Positions 57,801 to 60,764 of a stretch of 60,764 nt of DNA are shown piece after piece. Each line of letters starts with the position of its first letter. Positions within the stretch are counted from its first letter, which is position 1. The position numbers and the translations under genes are program-made. Below the pieces are notes generated by a model, which was given only the letters and a program-made list of their open reading frames with translations, did not search any database and was not told the DNA's origin. Origin of the DNA: an uncultured Clostridia bacterium (GTDB taxonomy: Bacteria; Bacillota; Clostridia; Oscillospirales; UBA644); assembly GCA_944386295.1 (NCBI GenBank), contig CALXAO010000013.1, positions 1 to 60,764 of the forward strand, written 5' to 3'.

Positions 57801-60668
57801 ACCTGTTCGGAATGGCAGTATGTTTCTGCAACTCTTTGCTGGGATACCGGAAGCGGAGATTATAAATTTGATGACAGCATTTCAATTCGGGTAGACTGTA
57901 TTTATGAGGGAAATGCGGCGGTGGCGTATTTTGACGGCATTACTGTCACGCCATCTACCGGAGAGACGGCGGAATACAATGCGGCCGGACACATGAGCTA
58001 TTCCACCTCCACCTTTGGCGGGGACTCGTTCCTGACTTACGATTCCTACGGAAATGTTACAGTCCAAAGCGACCGGCGGGGGACCGCTAGCTATACCTAC
58101 GGGGATAGCAGCGCTCCCCACCGGCTGACAAAGTCGGTCACACCCTCCGGTTTGCAGACAGAATACCAGTATGAAGGGGTCTGGGGCGCGGTAAGCAGGG
58201 AGACGGTCTGTGAGGCGGGAATGAGCTCCTCGGAGTATTTTTCGTTCCAATATGACAACGGCGGGTTCCTGATTTATTCCGATCACTGCGGCAGTGATTC
58301 AACAACCTATATTTACAGCGGGACCCTTCTGACGGCCTGTCGCTTGGCGGGAGTTTCGGAGACCGAGTATTCCTATGACGCCCGGCACCGCTTGACCGAG
58401 GTGCGGACGGGAACTGTCGGTCAGGCCTCCAAGCCCTCCCGGGTGTGGTATACCTACGATACATCCGGTCGTCTTGCCACGGTGAATACGCCCCAATCCT
58501 CGTTTTCCTTCCTGTATGACGGGTTCGGGAACACCGCGGAGGTAAAGGCGGGAAGCACGGTGCTTGCCTCCTATACCTACCGTCCAAATAACGGCCGGCT
58601 GCTGTCCATGACTTACGGAAACGGGGACTCCCGTCAGTACGGGTATGACAGCCTGGGGAATGTAAACGCGGTGACCTACAACGGCGCGGCGGCGCCCCGG
58701 TATACCTGGGCTTGGGACGGAAACGGAAAGCCGGTAACAGTGACGGACCACGAAAGAGGGCGGGTAAAGAATTACAGCTATGACGGCTGGGGCCGTCTGA
58801 CCGGCTATCACCAGAAGACAACCGCGGGAGCCACCCTGTGGTCCGCGAATATTACCTATGACGGCTACAGCCGGGTCAGCTCCCGGAGCTGGAACCTTGG
58901 GCGGGCTTTGAATTATACTTATACCTATAACGCCCAGGATTGGCTGACCTGTATGACGCTTCCCATCGCGAACAGCTCCGTGGAATACAGCTACAATTAT
59001 GACGGGACAGTCAATAGGGTTTCCTATATAATAAACGACGGGTTTCCTATTCAGAAGAATTATTCCTACTGTACCGATGCCAACGGACAGAAGCGGATTT
59101 CTACGGAAGACGGCGGCTTGTCGTGGGATATTCATTCGTATCAGTACGACAGTTGCGGGAATCTGTGTTTTTATGACTATACCCTGTACGAATACGATGC
59201 TCTGAATCAGCTGACAGCGGTAACCAATGAGTATGGGGATCCGTATCAGACATATACCTATGATGCGTCGGGCAACATTCTGACCCGAACCGAATATGAC
59301 TGGTCCGGAACCCCCACGGAGACCAAAACCTGGCAGTATCGGGATTCTCCTTTAGGGAAACAGTTTGTAGGTTTTTCTGATTCCTACTCGAATCAATGGT
59401 CCTACGACGCCATCGGAAACCTGTTGATGTCCTGTGATGAAAACGGCATTGTGACGTCTTACGAATGGGACGGGCGACAGATGACCGCGATGCGCGGGGA
59501 CAGCGGAGACCGGCAGTCGACGTTTTCCTACGATGAGAACGGTCTCCGGACCCGGCGGACCTGGCAGGAAAACAGCAACAGCAGTATTTATATCCACGAT
59601 TATATTTATGACAGCGGCCTGCTGCTGAAGGAAACGGTAACCGAAATGGACGAGTACGGGAACGTGCTCAGTGTTCCTGCGGTAATGTATTACTATTACG
59701 ATGCTGCCGGCTCCCCTCTTGGCCTGAACTTTAACGGGACGGACTATCTGTACGACATTACGTTAATTGGCGGCATTGTGGGAATCTATACCCCCGACGG
59801 CACCCAGGTCGTCTATTATAGCTATGACGAATGGGGGTATCCCACCGGCCGGACAGAGTCCGACCTTGCCAGATACAACAGCCTGCGGTACCGCGGGTAT
59901 GTGTACGACGAGGAGACGGGATTCTATCTAACAGGTACAAGATACTACGATCCGGAAATTGGTAGATTTATCAATGCTGACGGAGAAATATCGGATGTAG
60001 GCGGAAATATTTTAGGATATAACCTTTTTGCATACTGTTTCAATAACCCTGTTAATATGGACGATCCAACAGGACAATGGCCAAAGTGGTTAACAGGTGC
60101 ATTAAATGTAGTTAGCGGTGTTGCACAAATGGCCGCGGGTGCTGCTTTAGGTGCTTTTACAAGTTGGACTGGCGTTGGAGCTGTAGCAGCAGGATTTTTG
60201 ATTGTTAACGGTGCGGCTACAGCTACACAAGGGATAGGACAAATAGTCAACGATGTCACTAAAACCAATGTGTTGAGAGAAGATAACATTGTTAGGACAG
60301 CCGTTAAAGATGTAGGACGTGCAATAGGAGGAGATACTGGAGCCAAGATAGCTGGCGGTGCATATGATGTTGCCGTAGTTGTAGCAAACCTATATGCCGG
60401 AAAGGTTGGATTGCAACAAACAGGATTGGCACCAATAAAAGTTAATATTAACAAGGTCTTAAATAATCCAATGGATGAATTTGTCACTTGTGGACCCGCA
60501 CCGGGTGTTATAAGTGATTACTGTCGTTCAATTCCTCTAAATGGTTATGGAAAAATTTATGCAACTCAATTGCCAAATGGCTTTTATCAGTTGGCTAATG
60601 GGCATCATCGAGTAGCTGCATTAAGAAGTCTAGGCAAAGAAACAATAAAGATTTTCTTAACCAAATAA
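54827..60668 (+). CDS. WapA-like RHS/YD-repeat polymorphic toxin with ParB/Srx-fold tip; +1 frameshift at 55158-55161
   Basis: Sec signal; PVHYEQDGQWLEIDNT joined to LQFE; GVKEEIVL, FPVVIDPS; YD repeats; RYRGYVYD, RYYDP, PVNMDDPTG; GHHR tip. Confidence 0.9.
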
Positions 60669-60683
60669 AGGAGGAATAACAAA

Positions 60684-60764
60684 ATGAGTAATATTATTTG
60701 CTTTGAAATAGTTAATATTAACAGTTTGGGAATAACAGTAAAAAGCGGGAAAACAGATATTAAA
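60684..60764 (+). CDS. Probable cognate immunity protein (5' part, truncated by the window edge)
   Basis: AAGGAGG RBS, ATG 15 bp after the toxin stop, AT-rich like the tip; MSNIICFEIVNINSLGITVKSGKTDIK... Confidence 0.65.
   Translation, partial: MSNIICFEIVNINSLGITVKSGKTDIK

Noticed and set aside
60430-60668. Functional link between the ParB-fold toxin and chromosomal parB/parS in this window
   Set aside because: The tip lacks the HTH and dimerisation domains and looks recently acquired; proximity is probably coincidental.
1-60764. CRISPR array, tRNA, rRNA, prophage or anti-phage defence genes
   Set aside because: No regularly spaced repeats, RNA gene signatures, or cas, phage or defence motifs seen by eye.

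Overview
Core-chromosome segment of a Clostridia-like Bacillota genome (inferred from gene content and sigma-A promoter and RBS style). It carries blocks that usually lie near the origin, here dispersed: parS-parA-parB-serS, the rpmH-rnpA-yidD-yidC-jag-mnmE-mnmG operon (continuing into trmB-ispF-NadE-like-ruvCAB), secA, murE, and an aconitase-icd-smpB-dnaD-dnaC operon. No dnaA lies next to rpmH. That position is taken by a WapA-like RHS toxin gene with a one-base frameshift, an AT-rich ParB/Srx-fold tip and the start of a probable immunity gene. Accessory content includes two decayed IS1182-family elements next to hairpins, a ~59 bp MITE-like element and a decaying ~8.4 kb MerR/flavodoxin/hydrolase island bordered by a serine recombinase remnant. 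The best candidates for undescribed biology are: (i) a fab operon lacking accB, accC and fabH but keeping accD/accA, adding an acyl-CoA synthetase and apparently under ECF sigma/anti-sigma control; (ii) a murE-led operon encoding a protein with a tandem 6-Cys repeat and an internal LPKTG; (iii) an intact NadE paralog that has lost its catalytic motifs; and (iv) an IS target duplication in which both copies are perfect but different palindromes. All assignments come from reading motifs by eye; no database searches were run.
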